The notes: generated from the sequence alone by a model not told the origin. A DNA stretch of 64,000 nucleotides from Octopus vulgaris (GCA_951406725.2 OX597816.1:29264001-29328000); one strand, 5' to 3'; positions 13,397 to 27,400 are shown, counted from the stretch's first letter. Program-made: numbers and translations.

Positions 13397-14720
13397 GAAA
13401 TATCAATGAAACTCATAATTCCTTTGTCGACGACCTAAAGAGTTTGAATATTTATGCAAAAAAAAAACCCAACTAGAATTAATAACATTTTCAGCTAATA
13501 TAGGTATGGAATTTAGCCAAAAGAAATGTTCATATTTGGTTATAGAACGAGGAAAGTCAGTCCCCAAAAACCAAACCTATGCATCAAGGGTCTCTCTATT
13601 TCTCCCATTCCACACAAAGAATGTTACAAGTATCTAGGCATAGACGAAAATGTGTATTATGAAGGCATTGTGTATAAAGATAGAGTGACTCAAGAATATT
13701 ACACCAGATTTATGAAAATATGGCAATCAGAACTCTCCTCTTACAACAAAACAATATATTACAATGCATTTGCAGTATCAGTGGTGATCTCAAAGTTTGG
13801 GACACTTGATTGGTATGTAGAAGAAATCCACGCCATATATATCAAAACCTGCAAAATCTTAACAACAACTCTGAACTTCCACAGAAACTGTGATGTTGAC
13901 AGCCTCTACCTAAGACGAAATGAAGGTGGTACAAGCCCGAGATCAGTGCAGACATCCTTCGAATGCCGTATGGTATCACTCAGGCAGCACCTGCTAAACA
14001 GCAATAGCAAAAATAGATATATAGATGCAGTACTGAAAAGAGAAGCGAGCAACATTGTACGAGTTGGCAATGAGCTCCTCAAGAAGCACTCTGTTCCTGA
14101 TGATCTCCTATACAGCCCCAAAACAGCTGGGCTCTCTTACCACAGAGAAGACCAGTATGGAAAGCACTCAGCATACAAAAAGAAAATTATGCATGGATAT
14201 GTTTCTCGGATGATTGAAGAAGTAGAATTGACATGAAGCGCAGCCTCTCTTGGACACAAGACCACTACATCACATCACAATTTGAAGGCTATACGTTTGC
14301 AATCCAGGAACAGGAGATTGCCACAAAGTACCTGGTGAACAAGAGAGAGACAGTGACGCTCTTATAATCCCAACGTGCAACCGCATGTGTAAGCAATGTC
14401 ATATTACTATGGAAGACATCATGCATGTGATTAGCAGCTGTCCTAAAATATCGTAACGGTACTACTTCTCTATACACATGATGTTGCTGCTACTACAGTT
14501 TACAATGCAATCAGCAGCAAAATAAAAAGTCTGTTCTGAAATAAATTTAGAAAATCCCTGGTTAGTAATTATCACTATATTAGAAAAGGCTTAAAGAAGA
14601 ATCTGGATAAACTGGGGTTTCAGAAAGAGAATTCGACCAGCTAATCCGTACATTACAGGTGCAAACTGTAAATGGAACAGTAAAAATATGCAAGGCTTTT
14701 CTCAAGTTCCAAATGTGAAT
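13397..14720 (+). pseudogene. Decayed R4/Dong-like non-LTR retrotransposon (RT C-terminal half, thumb, zinc knuckle, C-terminus)
   Basis: Frameshifted motifs: FVDDLK, NIGMEFSQKKC, YKYLGI, LYLRRNEGG, KKIMHGY, FAIQEQEIATK, MHVISSCPK and VNGTVKICKAFLK. The 13526-14236 ORF is one open stretch of it. Confidence 0.85.
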
Positions 14721-14875
14721 TTGTCTCTTTTAACTACATCCCAAACTTGGAGAATTGTATCTCAGTAGAAAGTTTACAATAATTAAAAATAGAATACATA
14801 CATATATATATACCCTCATTTACATAGTACCTATCTATATGAATACATTTATACATATATATAAATATATATATA

Positions 14876-14913
<38 letters not shown>

Positions 14914-15004
14914 TAAGATATATACATATACATTTACACACATGAACACACACAAGTGCACACTCACACACACATATGTATACAAACACACACACATATA
15001 TATC

Positions 15005-16047
15005 TAATAAAAATAAGCAACAGGATATCAAGTAGTAATGCAATAGACCGCTTCATGTGGCTCCATTTAATTGAACAATGTCATCATTGCATCAATTTAA
15101 ATGCAGTGCTATTTTCAGCTGCACAAAGTATAGAATTTTCAACATGTAGCACACATTAATAAAATTTTTCCTAAATATTATAACAGAGTAAGAAGATGGA
15201 AAAAATTTATGCTGTTGCTATTGTAGCAGAATGGCTAAGAATAAGCTATAATTTCTTAGAATCGCATGGATCATAGTGAGTTCATAGGGTTGTAAGGGTC
15301 GTAATTCATTTCTAATGTATTTATCTCTGTATCATCTATTAAATCTGAGACTAGAAGTTTGTGTTTATTTCCAATTGAGAACAAGAGTTGACAGCTAGGT
15401 ACAGTTATAAACATTATCATAGGTCTCTAATTCCCAACAGAAAGGAAATAAGACATTAGGAAGAATCAAGTAGATATAAGTAAGTGTTTATAAAAATGAG
15501 GTAAGATAGGGGTAGACTTTAAATTACGATGTTAAACTACCAGTTAAAGGAGCAAGACAATAATAAACTTAAGATGCTGATACAGGGAAAATTTATTAGG
15601 GGAAGATGGAGGAACGTTTATAAACAATATTGTCATGTTGTATAAAATAATACAGAAGAATTCCAATATGATATCAAAAACAAAATAGCTGAAAGGTGTG
15701 TATGTATCAATTATAAGAAATAAAAAGGAAGATTATGTAGAATCAGCTTAATAGCCATTCTTGTACTTAATTAATTAATTATTAAGTGGTTTCTATAAAG
15801 AGAGCTCCAGGCATTTACATGTGGAATATCTGGAAAGATATTCATCCTCTCTATTAATTTTTGCCATGAATCAGAAGCGGGATATAGAGATAATGGTAAT
15901 ACACAGACATATTTAAAGAAAAATTACAAAATCTAAAGTATAAAAATATATAAATACTCGAAAAATATGTGCCGATATAAACATGTGTAAAATGTAAAAC
16001 AACGCATACAGATATATATACGAAGAGGGTTTTTTATACACATACAT

Positions 16048-16128
<81 letters not shown>

Positions 16129-16889
16129 CATATATACATATACAAAAATAATTATGCGTTTATATGTGTATAGTATAGATATCTTTCATGGGCTTAAGTA
16201 ACTGAAAAATATTACTTTAAGAACAAGAAAAACAACAATTTATAAGGGATAAGAGGTAAATAAGTAAGGATATAAAGAAAAAGAAGAATTTATAGAAAAT
16301 AATAAAAATATATATGTTACGTCCATATAAAGAGACAGGGGATTAAAATTAGAGGCCGAGAAAAGATAAAGGTAATCTGAAATCAGGAAATCAGTAGGTA
16401 TAGGAGTAGTGAAGGAAGTTACATGTATTCGAACCGAAGAGGTTTTATGAGTTGTAATATTACAGGTGTTATTGTATATATGTTTTTATACTTTCTAGGG
16501 GATATATGATTTAGTCAAAGAGAGACTTACGTTCATAATGTGACAACAAATATACATAATATAACGAAAGAGATAAATAAATTAGAAATGAATTGCGACC
16601 CTTAAAACCCTATGACCCCAGTATTCTCCATGCGATTCTAAGTAATTGTAGTCTATTCTTAGCCTCTCTGCTACAAAAAGAGACATGAACTTCTTCCACA
16701 TTTTTACACTGTTAAAATATTTAAGAAAAAAATATATTGTCTCCTACTTGTTGAAAAATTCTATATTTTGTGCAGCTGAAGATAGCACTGCATTTAAATT
16801 GATGTAATGATTATATTGTTCAATTAAATGGAGCCGATGAAACGGTCGTACTGCATTACTACTTGATATTATGTTGCTTATTTTGATTA
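15005..16889 (-). mobile_element. Penelope-like element remnant with inverted ~320-bp terminal repeats
   Basis: 15005-15328 and 16569-16889 are diverged reverse complements (e.g. ATCAATTTAAATGCAGTGCTAT / ATAGCACTGCATTTAAATTGAT). A decayed GIY-YIG-like frame lies between them on the minus strand, and the arms carry a hammerhead motif. Confidence 0.7.
16770..16856 (+). ncRNA. Type-I hammerhead ribozyme candidate
   Basis: TGCAG - CTGAAGA (16776-16782) - long stem II (CATTTAAATTGA/TCAATTAAATG) - GAAA (16839-16842) - CGGTCGT - A - CTGCA. All core nucleotides are present and the cleavage triplet is GUA. The base of stem II is imperfect. Confidence 0.55.
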
Positions 16890-16954
16890 TTCTATTAACC
16901 TTACTTCGAGCTATACGGATACTACCGAACTGACTAATTCAACAGAATCTTAAG

Positions 16955-16987
<33 letters not shown>

Positions 16988-19097
16988 ATGTGTGTGTATA
17001 TATATAACTGAAACAAGTAAAATAGTAATATTTGTCGGTGTGTGTGTATCCGTAGTGTGCGTGTGTGTGTGTGCGGGCACGCCTTTTGTTTGTGTGTGCA
17101 TATATGTATGTGTATATATGCATATACAAAGCAGAAACATACAAGAAAGTACAGAAACACACTTGGCACACGTGTACACATTCGTACATCGAGACTTGAT
17201 ATTTACTGACAGAAACGAACGAAACACAATTGAAAATAATGAAAATAGAGTGTTTGTATATATAAAGATAGACGGATAAAACAATACCTATTCAAAGAAA
17301 CACAAACGTTGTAAAGAATGCTGAATAGCACGACTTAATAGCAGGTAATCTGAGCTTGGTAATTATTTCCATACTCCATATCGATAGACGGCTTACAGAA
17401 CGGAGCTCAATCCATTTTGTATACCAATAGGAACTTTAATTATCTATAGAACTATACAAGTAAAGGTCAAAGAGGGAGAGCATTAATCAACTTTTGATCA
17501 TATTAAAATTACTAGTATTCCTTGTGTATCTTTGTATGTATGCATGTTTGTAGGTATTTTTTGTAGGTATCTATTTATTTACACGCACACAAACACAACA
17601 CACACAAATACACACCACTTTTATACACTCATACATTGTTTCATTCATAATGAAATAAATCTGTCATTGCACGTGTATACATGCCTGAAATGTAGACTTG
17701 TGAGCTTCTGTGTGCGTGCGTGTGTGCGTGTGTGTGTGTGTGTGTGTGAGCACGCATGCATATAATTTAAAATACGTACGTTGCGATAAGAACAGAAGCC
17801 GTTCAGCAAATACAAGTGCGTTTTCTAACCCCATTATTTTTTTTTCTCTCTCGTGCAGTGTTATTTTCATGTCATCTCAAACAACATTGCAATCACGTAC
17901 TTGATTGACGTCAACAGAATTTACTTCGCTGGCTTCTTCTGCTTCACTATTACTAAGCTTCACTGTTGCTTATGTTATATATTTTATTGATAACACTGAT
18001 CTCATGATGTGAACGTACGCTTACAACTCTGTCTATGGAATACTATGTCTTAAAATTTTAATATATTAAACTGTATTTACAATCAGATCTGACAACAGCT
18101 ATAAACTGACGGTTATAAATATCACAGATGTGTTGAGTAGGCACCCACCTATTTTTGGTTCTGCATTCTTGTCATTTTTTTTTTTTTGGATTGCTTTATT
18201 TTCAACAACAGATATTACATATTTTCTGAAACACATCTTTTCAAAATGTTAATTCATCCAACCTATTATATTTTTGCATTCCACACGGAGTTTACGATAT
18301 TACGACAAGGAAAAGAAAACGAAATATTATTACGAATTTTTAAAATTACCCTTTCCACCTAAATACCATATAAGTTTTCGGATACTTTAAAACTCTTTAA
18401 AGTCATGTGAGTATACATAAATGTTTTTCGAGCCAACAGACGAAACGAGGATGGCCTCAGTGTGGTCTAACTATATGTTAGATATAACAGCTATATCATT
18501 GAAATTATATCTTTTCCAACATTACAAAATTTCAATATCACAGTTTCCCTTCACTGTCCTCCTGTATCAGAATACTACTACGCATTTTATAGGAATAGAG
18601 AAAGCCTCACCAGAGTTGTTCCAGCTCACACTAACCAAAACTCTACTTAAGTATTTGATAAATTTTCAGTAATCCATTTTCAATATTGAGGAAGTGAAAT
18701 AGAGTTTGCTTCTATTTATTTCTGCTTTCTTCGCCATTGTGTTAAATAAATATAAAAACTTCCATGATATTTCGGTGGAGATTGGTTGGAGGACAGGGGG
18801 AAAATGACTCTGATGCATTCTTTATTTCTGTGTTGCGGAGGACATTTTTCTGAATATTGGGGTAGGAACTGAATTTTTAAAGTTTGGAAACGGGTATTTT
18901 TCAGATATTTCGTGATTGTATCATGGTATGTGGAGCGACAACATTGATGGGGACCTTTTTTACCCTGCTATTTTGAAGAACAGACAGGCATAGGAGAAAT
19001 AGCGGATAGGATAAATCATCCGGAATATATTTATGGTGGTGTGATGAGTTCGTTTGTATTGTCCTAAAGAGGAAATATATATATATATATATATATA

Positions 19098-19217
19098 TGG
19101 CCTGCTCGCTTAGCCAACAGGATGGCGTCATTTGAAGGCTAAAACAATGCGAAGCGCATTGGGATCAGCGATGTGTAGCAACATCTGATAACCGGTCGGT
19201 CACGGTGACGGTCGGGA
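19098..19217 (+). mobile_element. 5'-truncated SINE family C, tail type 2, inside (TA)n
   Basis: Matches 49320-49436 (TGGCCTGCT.GCTTAGCCA..GGCGTCATTTGAAGGCTAAAACAATGCGAA..GGTCGGTCACGGTGA); (TA)n on both sides. Confidence 0.85.
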
Positions 19218-19717
19218 TATATATATATATATTATATATATATATAAACAGTATTGAATAGTTGTTCTTTTGTTTCTTTGTCACAATAATAATCTCTATA
19301 TTACTTCTTGTAGAATTTTTAAAGATCTTTTTGAAAAAGTGCCAAAATAAAGGGGGGGGGCGGGATGCGAAATAAAAAACATTAATAATATAAAATATCC
19401 ATTTTTGAAAATAAAATATAAATACAAAGAAATTTTTGAGGTAAAGAAGGGAAAATGCATGAGGCATGAATGATTCTTCCACACATCTGTCATAGATTTC
19501 TTCACATCCTACATTTATCGTTTTAGTACGTTCATGACTCACCTATCCACTATTTCAGTTAGTCTGTGAATTCATCAATATTATAATAATACCCTATTTC
19601 GTTCTCAATTCTCATTGTATGTGGGTAAGCAATATACATACATACATGCATGCATACATACATGCACGCATACATACATACATACATACATACATACATA
19701 CATGCATATATACATGA

Positions 19718-20320
19718 TGGCCGTCGACTCGTGATCGAGGAAAACCATTGGTGACCTTACGAACATTGTGCGTTCTTGGACTAACTTATATTTTGCATTT
19801 GCGGTTCTGTTGGTGGTTAAATATCCCTGATCTTGACAAGCTCACACGATCGCAAACATTGCAAACCAAGCACGCCTTAGTATAGTGGTTCAGCTCGCAA
19901 GTAACAAGTGCAGTGCGTCTTTGAGGCCTACAGTCTTTCTTGTTATCCAACAGAGTGCGCACGTTCCAACATGAAATGTTTAAATTCCATTAAGATTTTG
20001 TAAAAAAATAAGTCTCTTTGTTTTTCGAACGCAGGGTAGACATCCATCAGTCACGCTGATCTGACAAGATATAGAAAGACAGGCAATTTTTGATTCAGAT
20101 TAACTAGAACCTCCTCGGCTTCCGGGAGAGCAGGGCTCTCTCGAAATGGAGCTGCTCAGATACCCATGCAGCAACCGGATACTATCGCTATCTTGGGGGA
20201 CAAGGAGACGAATTTAATATCTAGCATGGGCCGCATACGCGCAGGTCACTGACTACATGCTTCCTACCCGTCTGCTCTCCATGCTTCGCCACCTTCCCAT
20301 CGCTGCAGGACTTCCGAATA
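19718..20320 (-). mobile_element. Possible decayed LINE 3' end (RTE-like)
   Basis: GC-richer block between microsatellites. The minus strand has CNVCDRVSLSRSGIFNHQQ, a C2H-type C-terminal motif, followed by a short 3' UTR ending at a (ATGT)n tract. Confidence 0.4.
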
Positions 20321-20361
20321 AAAATATAATAAATATAAACTAAAAATAAAGATACATATAT

Positions 20362-20405
<44 letters not shown>

Positions 20406-20413
20406 TGTATATG

Positions 20414-20446
<33 letters not shown>

Positions 20447-20510
20447 TGTGTGTGTGTGTGTGTGTGTGTATGTATATATATAAATCTATATATATATATA
20501 TAAATATATG

Positions 20511-20580
<70 letters not shown>

Positions 20581-20585
20581 CGTGT

Positions 20586-22170
20586 AAGGTGGAAAAAAGG
20601 GGGGATGAAACATACACAACTATTATTAGTATTACGCAGTGTGAAAATGGGGAGATATCGGAATTTTCTCAGTATGTATGTTTACCAAGTTTTCATTACT
20701 CAGCAGGATACATAAGGTTTTCTCAAGGCAAAGGGCGCATGTGCTGGATATTGTATTACATGGAAGTACATTTTTTTTTATTATTGACCATTCCATTTGG
20801 TATTTGATTTTTGTTATCCTTCAATCTCCATATTATGTCTGCCAGTGAAGCCGCGTGTCATCTGTTTACCTATCAGAATGATGAGACATACCTTGAATAC
20901 GTTTTCTGACGCACGTACATGTGTGTAATTTTGTTGCGATCTGGTGATTTGTATATTATGTTTTTTAATACATTGGTTCTTGAGAGGACATATGGATTTC
21001 ATGCGGCAGGTACAGTTATTTGTACTATATATATTTTCATATTTACTTTGTGCATTTTTGTTTTTGTTTTTTCTATGTTCTTTTTGATTGTCAGTGTCAA
21101 AAGCGTTCTTGATCTTGCATTCTTTTGTGCTGATCCAGCTTTGGGTTTTTGCTTGGATCTTATTGTAACTATCGGATGATAAATATTGCGTGCAATATTT
21201 TCGCTGTATACTTGTTGAATATACGATGCTATTTATGTATTGCATGAAAGCACCTATTTAATGCATGATATTTGCAGTCCAAAAATTGGATTATACCATA
21301 GAACTACTGAATTTTTGTATCTTTTGCTTGGTTCCTTCAGCCTATTTTGCGTATTGTCATTTTTTGTGTCTGTTTTCCTATTATTGTTATTCTTTTAGGT
21401 TATGCCTAATTCCCTCCCATCTTTCTGTTGTTTCTCGGTTTTTTGCGTTATTATTGCTATGCGTTTCTTATTGTGTTCTGTGCTTTGTGTCTATTCTAAC
21501 TTATGTTTGTGCGTCTTAGTGCTATATGTGGCTTCGATATGTGCGAACTCGATTTTTACATTATACCTGGCCCTAGCTAGTGCTTCATTGTAGTAAGGTA
21601 CATGCTGGTTGAATATTTCCTCTATGGCTGATAGTCGTGATATTCTGGTGGCTATGTTCCTAACTATTACTTTGGTTATAGATGGTGGATGGTTGGACTT
21701 TACATTTATGTATATTAGGCGCTCATTCGCTTTGTGGTATGGTTCGTACAGGCCTGTTTCTGCTCATGAACCAATGTGCCAAAAAATATAATGTACAAAT
21801 GCACAATCACCACACTGCAACAAAAATACGCATACATACGTATCTCAGAAAACCAATTTAAGTTTCCTTATTGCATGTATGTCTCATCATTCAGATAGGT
21901 AAACAGACGACGCGCATGGTCAATAATAAGAAATGCACACTCATGTAATACGCAAACCAGCACATGCGGCCGTTGATTGAAACAGCTTTATGTATCCGGC
22001 TGAGTTATGAAAACTTAGTAGATAAGCAGGCTGAGAAAATTCGGAGATGTTCCCACCACGCCAAATACGCATTTTGAAGATAGAACACTGTGGAATAATA
22101 ATTATAAGAATTAGATTAAGAATAAGAATAAGAATAATTCTAGGAGTTACCCCATCCCCTTTTCCACCCT
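20586..22170 (-). mobile_element. Penelope-like element (RT thumb + GIY-YIG), 5'-truncated, with an inverted copy of its 3' end
   Basis: Minus strand 21760-21545 reads YEPYHKANERLIYINVKSNHPPSITKVIVRNIATRISRLSAIEEIFNQHVPYYNEAL, then WYNPIFG (~21290) and CTCRMKSICPLKNQC (~20990). Plus-strand ~21790-22170 is a diverged inverted copy of ~20586-20920. Confidence 0.85.
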
Positions 22171-22448
22171 AAATAAGTGTGTCTGTTCTTAACGGTGTAT
22201 TTTTCTTTTTTTCTCTCTCTTTCTTTACATAAGTATGGTTGCCCGGCTGTATCTCTCTATCACCCCTCTCTCTTTTTCTCTTTGTATATATGTATATACC
22301 TAACCTCTAGACCCAGCACTGTCAAATAATAGTATTATGAATAATAACTAATAAATAATTCAGGAAAACTCCCAGTTGGATTGTGCTTGTCTCCCTATTC
22401 ATATGTATGGATGGTCCGTCACGTGTCTACAATCTATGAAAGTATCCA

Positions 22449-22506
<58 letters not shown>

Positions 22507-22642
22507 TTATAAATTTATACCGATGCATGTGTGCATATGTGTACGTATGTATATCCGTATGTGTGTACATATATTAATGTACGTGTTTACATAAATACCC
22601 ATATACTTATATATTTATGTGCGTGCGACTAGGATTATATCC

Positions 22643-22680
<38 letters not shown>

Positions 22681-22681
<1 letters not shown>

Positions 22682-22812
22682 TTGTTATATTTCGGAATGG
22701 TCATTTTGCCAGTTTAGCCAATAAAAACACACGCACTATATATTTGGTGTTATTTTGCTTCAGTGTTATTTATTTTTTACATAAGCTTAATCTTATTCCG
22801 AAATATAACAAT
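22681..22812. mobile_element. 132-bp MITE with perfect 18-bp TIRs
   Basis: ATTGTTATATTTCGGAAT at the left end and ATTCCGAAATATAACAAT at the right end. Confidence 0.7.
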
Positions 22813-22989
22813 ATCTGTTTCAACACACGACTTCACATAAAAAAATCTTGTACAACAAATATATATATATACATATATATATGTATATAATCATGTCTAT
22901 ATATATGTGTATATCTGTAAGAATTTAAGTTATAATATTATTATTTCTAAATGGCTCAAAGAGAGATAGTCAGTAACAGCTCTTTAAAG

Positions 22990-23260
22990 TAAAGGCTATT
23001 TGCCAACCTAATGTGGGTGTCTCGAAATAGAGGATGTCACTGTTATTTTAGCCCCAAGAAACCTTGTTTCTAGCTGGCTGTACGACACACTATCTGTGTC
23101 CTTATACTTCCGAAGAGAGAGATCTGATTTCCCTGTTAGAAAATATTACGATACAAATAGTGTGTCGTTTAGCCAGCTAGTAACGAAGTTTGTTGGGGCT
23201 AAAACAACAGTAGCATCGTCCTTTTCGGGACAGCCACATTATGTTGGTAAATAGCGTTTA
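22990..23260. repeat. Foldback with ~110-bp imperfect inverted arms
   Basis: GCTATTTGCCAAC..TTTTAGCCCCAA..CTAGCTGGCT..ACGACACACTAT pairs with ATAGTGTGTCGT..AGCCAGCTAG..TTGGGGCTAAAA..GTTGGTAAATAGC. Confidence 0.75.
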
Positions 23261-23387
23261 TTACATTATGCGTATACGTGTATCTACGTATGAATTTGTA
23301 TAAGAATATATATATTTACATCCATGGGATTGATCGTGTTAGCGTAAGCAAGCTAGATTGGAGATAAGTAGAGAGATATGTACCTCA

Positions 23388-23506
<119 letters not shown>

Positions 23507-23854
23507 TGTGTATGTATGTGAGAGACAGTAAGAGAGTGTATATATACGCTCGTCGCCATATGTATGTGCAAGGCATTGTGGTAGATTTACTTACTTACCT
23601 ATGTGTAAGTATGTGAATATTATATATACCCACAAATGCGAGAAGGTATATGCATAGGTGCTTAAGTGTATATGTCAATCAGTGTATGTATATATGTATG
23701 CACACACACACACGCACACACACAAACGCACAAATACACACACGCGCGCACACACACACGCGCGCGCACACACACGTACAGACACACACACACACGCACA
23801 TATATATATGTATGCATATGCATGTATGTATAAATAGTTGCCTATAGAAAGTCC

Positions 23855-23983
23855 GATAGAAGAAGTACTATGCATACAAAGAAATAAGCCTGGGGTTGAT
23901 TTGTTCGAGTAAAACCCTTTAAGGCGGTGCTCCAGCATATCAGCATGTCTTAAACAATTAAAAGAGTAAAAGAATAAAAGAAT
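23855..23983 (+). mobile_element. SINE family A, 3' fragment
   Basis: GGGGTTGATTTGTTCGA..AAGGCGGTGCTCCAGCAT..AAAAGAGTAAAAGAATAAAAG tail. Confidence 0.7.
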
Positions 23984-25256
23984 ATTTACACAATGTTTAT
24001 TGCAAAATTTACCGCACTTACATATATATTTCATAACATCAATATATTATCAAATATATGCACGTATATACCTGACTATAAGGATATGGTGCAAGGATAA
24101 AAAAATTAACGAGAAAACACAATAAAAGACAAGGAAACGAAGTGTATTAGGCTGACACTCAAGAAAATTGGAAAACATTGAAAGATTTGAGCTTAAGATT
24201 TTCTACTGAAAGGATTAGCTGATGATAGAAAAACGATGGAGAGTAAAGGAGAAACGTCAAAGTGTCACCGCATACTGGAATGACTTGAGGCGTGTGCAAG
24301 AAGGGAGCCAAGAGTTTCGTAGTAAACGTACGTGGAAAAGCAGGCACGAGTGTGTGCATAATGCTAAGTGGTGCGTGTGACTGTGCGTATGGGTGCGCTC
24401 ACGTATGTGAATGAATAAACACCTGCGTGTATGGATGAGCTATTGTGTACGTGCTTGAGTGTATACTGTGTGCATTCAGTGAGTGCGAGTGTATACATAT
24501 CCCAGTTTACATTTGGCCTATGTGTATTAGACTATCGGACAAAGTAAATGTGCGTGTCTGTGTATATACAAGTACATCTTCTGTTTCTTTGTCGGTATGT
24601 ATGCGTGTGCATGGAAGCGTGTTTGTGTGTGTCTGAGTCTATCTGATGAAACTCATAACAGTTATATAAACTTTGAAATTACAAGTAGCTATATCAACAC
24701 TAACTGACTGGAAATTGGTAAGTGAAACACTGAAATGTATTGGCCTGGAAAGCTATCAGGGTGTGGCGTTATTATCATTGTGAAAGCAAAAGTCTCATCC
24801 TCTTAATTTGGAAGATATAAATTTATAAGACACCAAAACAAGAAATGTAATAGAAGACAGGAAAAGTAAGCTAAACAATGCTCGGCATGTTCACATACAA
24901 AATCCTTTCTGGGTAATGAAGAAATCACACAACACATCAAAATGAATACAACGAAAAACAGCGAAATTAAATTATCAATTCATAACCTCATTGATATAGA
25001 ATTTAACCGGACCAGGGAGAATATATGGCTTTCAAATTTATGGCAGTCGATTTTGAGTGACTGCAAAAGAAACGGTGGACGTCTCTGAACAAGACTAAGA
25101 GTTGATTTAGATATATTTGTCAGAAATTAGAGACGAAGTGACAACACTAAAAGTCATAACAAGAAAAGAAGGGACAGGGATAACTCAATGATAAAATTTA
25201 TGTACATACATACACATAGACAAACAGTAGATGTCACTTAAATGCACACACACACA

Positions 25257-25305
<49 letters not shown>

Positions 25306-25309
25306 CACA

Positions 25310-25480
25310 TGCAGCCGAGTGGCTATGTGGTAAGAAGCTGCTTCCCAATCACGTGGATCCGGGTTCAGTCTCACTACGTGACACTTTGGACGAGTGTTTC
25401 TACTATAGCCTCGGTCGAACAAAAGACTTGTGAGTGGATTTTGTAGAATGAAACTAAAAGAAGCCCGCCGTATACACACA
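25310..25480 (+). mobile_element. SINE family A, 5' half
   Basis: GAGTGGCTATGTGGTAAGAAGC..CCGGGTTCAGTC..TTGTGAGTGGATTTTGTAGA..AAAGAAGCCCGCCG. Confidence 0.75.
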
Positions 25481-25668
25481 CGCACACACCCACCCATATA
25501 TATATATATATACACACACAATACATATATATATATATATATATATATACATACATATATATATACTTATAAAGATAGATATATAGACACACAGATAAGT
25601 AATATATATATATGTATATACGTATATATGTATACCTATCTATCTATTTATCCATCTATCTATCAATC

Positions 25669-25699
<31 letters not shown>

Positions 25700-25717
25700 A
25701 GATAGAAAGATATACGC

Positions 25718-25784
<67 letters not shown>

Positions 25785-26246
25785 TGTAGAGACGTTCTAT
25801 GAAATGTAATTGTCAAAACATTTAAATGGAAAAAGAGAAAAGGAGCATCGCGGGACTCTGTAAAAACGAAGAACAAAAGCAGCATGAAATGAATGCAGGA
25901 TTTGAATCAATGCATATATTCTTTGTTACGTCTTGTTTTTGTGTTTTTTTGCCTCTATTCTATCTTTGTTCGATCTATTTTCAGACATTAACGTTTATAA
26001 ATCCATGATGGTGTAGATAGTATCAACTGAGAAACCTGAGGCATTTTCATTTCAATTCATTGATCGCTGGAATTGTAATACAGCACAAAACTGTTGCCGT
26101 CCGTATCATTTCGGTATATTTTGCATGGAGATATTTTATTTTTATAAATTTTGATATTTTTGTCGTAAAACACATTCATTAGTCCATAGTATGATACGTA
26201 ATATTGTTCGCATGTGTGTCTACAAATGTAACATTATATCTACATG

Positions 26247-26280
<34 letters not shown>

Positions 26281-27249
26281 CATAACTATAGAAGTATTGC
26301 TACAATTATACACACGAATACGAAAATATATATACATATATATATATGCACATATATATATATGTATATACATATATATTTACATACAAATATACTTATA
26401 TAAGTGTCCAACGAACAGGAATGTGAAACTCTAAGTAACAATTTTTTGGGATATTTCAGCTGCTTTTAAATAAAGTATATGCATACTTTATGGTGGTGAT
26501 GGTGGTGGTGGTGGAGGTGGCGGTGGTGATCGGATAGTGAAAGGTGTATTTTCGGACAGTGAAACGTATATTGATTTTTATATCACCTATCAATTAACGG
26601 ATGCACAAAAGTGCAATTCTGTGAAATATTCACGCTTATTTACGTGGTAGATATATGCAATTTAACTAAAGGTTCTATCATATGTACGGGATGTATTTCT
26701 TTGCATGGCTACGGGAAAAATGAAAAAAAAATAGAGTAAATATTTATTTTATGAGTGCTGTGTATTAAGTCTATAAAATTGTGCATAAAGTATATAATGT
26801 GTATATATAAAGTGCCCTAAGTATTCATCGTATTCCAGTTTCTTCCAGTTTCCAATCAATAGCTGATGAGCGACTAACAAGGCAGGCTAAGCTTTCAGGT
26901 TTCTTGGATAAGTTTTCAGAAATAACCCAATAATATTAACATTAATTCGCTGAAATAATCACTGGCCCCAGGTAGTATAGTATTAAATTTCTTGACTTCT
27001 TGTCAATATTATTCAACAATTACTTAAGGTTGATGGCTAAAAGTAGATGACCTAGTGCTATAAAAATTCCACATTCATCAAATTCCTTCCTATTTATTCG
27101 CTTTTTGCGGCAGTTTGTTTTGTCTTTGAAGTTGAGAGCTTTGTATAGTGGTTCTCTATATTTCCAATCGATAGATAAGATTGAAGTATGAATGCACCGA
27201 AAAGCATATCGGAAATAACTGCTAGGCTAAAAAAGTTCAGTAGATGTCT

Positions 27250-27400
27250 ATAGCACATTATTCGTGGTTAAGGTGTTGCCCTCACGAGTGCGAGGTCGTG
27301 GGTTCGATTTCTTGACCGGGAGTTGCGTTGTGTTCTGGAGCAAAAAGTACTTCTTTTCACGTTGTTCTACAATCCTTTCGTCATCTGACATGTGGCTCCT
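27250..27400 (+). mobile_element. SINE family D, diverged
   Basis: GTGGTTAAGGTGTTG..GGGTTCGATTTC..GCGTTGTGTTCTGGAGCAAAA..TTTCACGTTG; related to 46592-46834. Confidence 0.6.

Noticed and set aside
13526-14236. Longest ORF (236 aa) as a functional gene
   Set aside because: It is an open stretch of a frameshifted, truncated R4-like LINE. The start is out of frame with the upstream RT motif.
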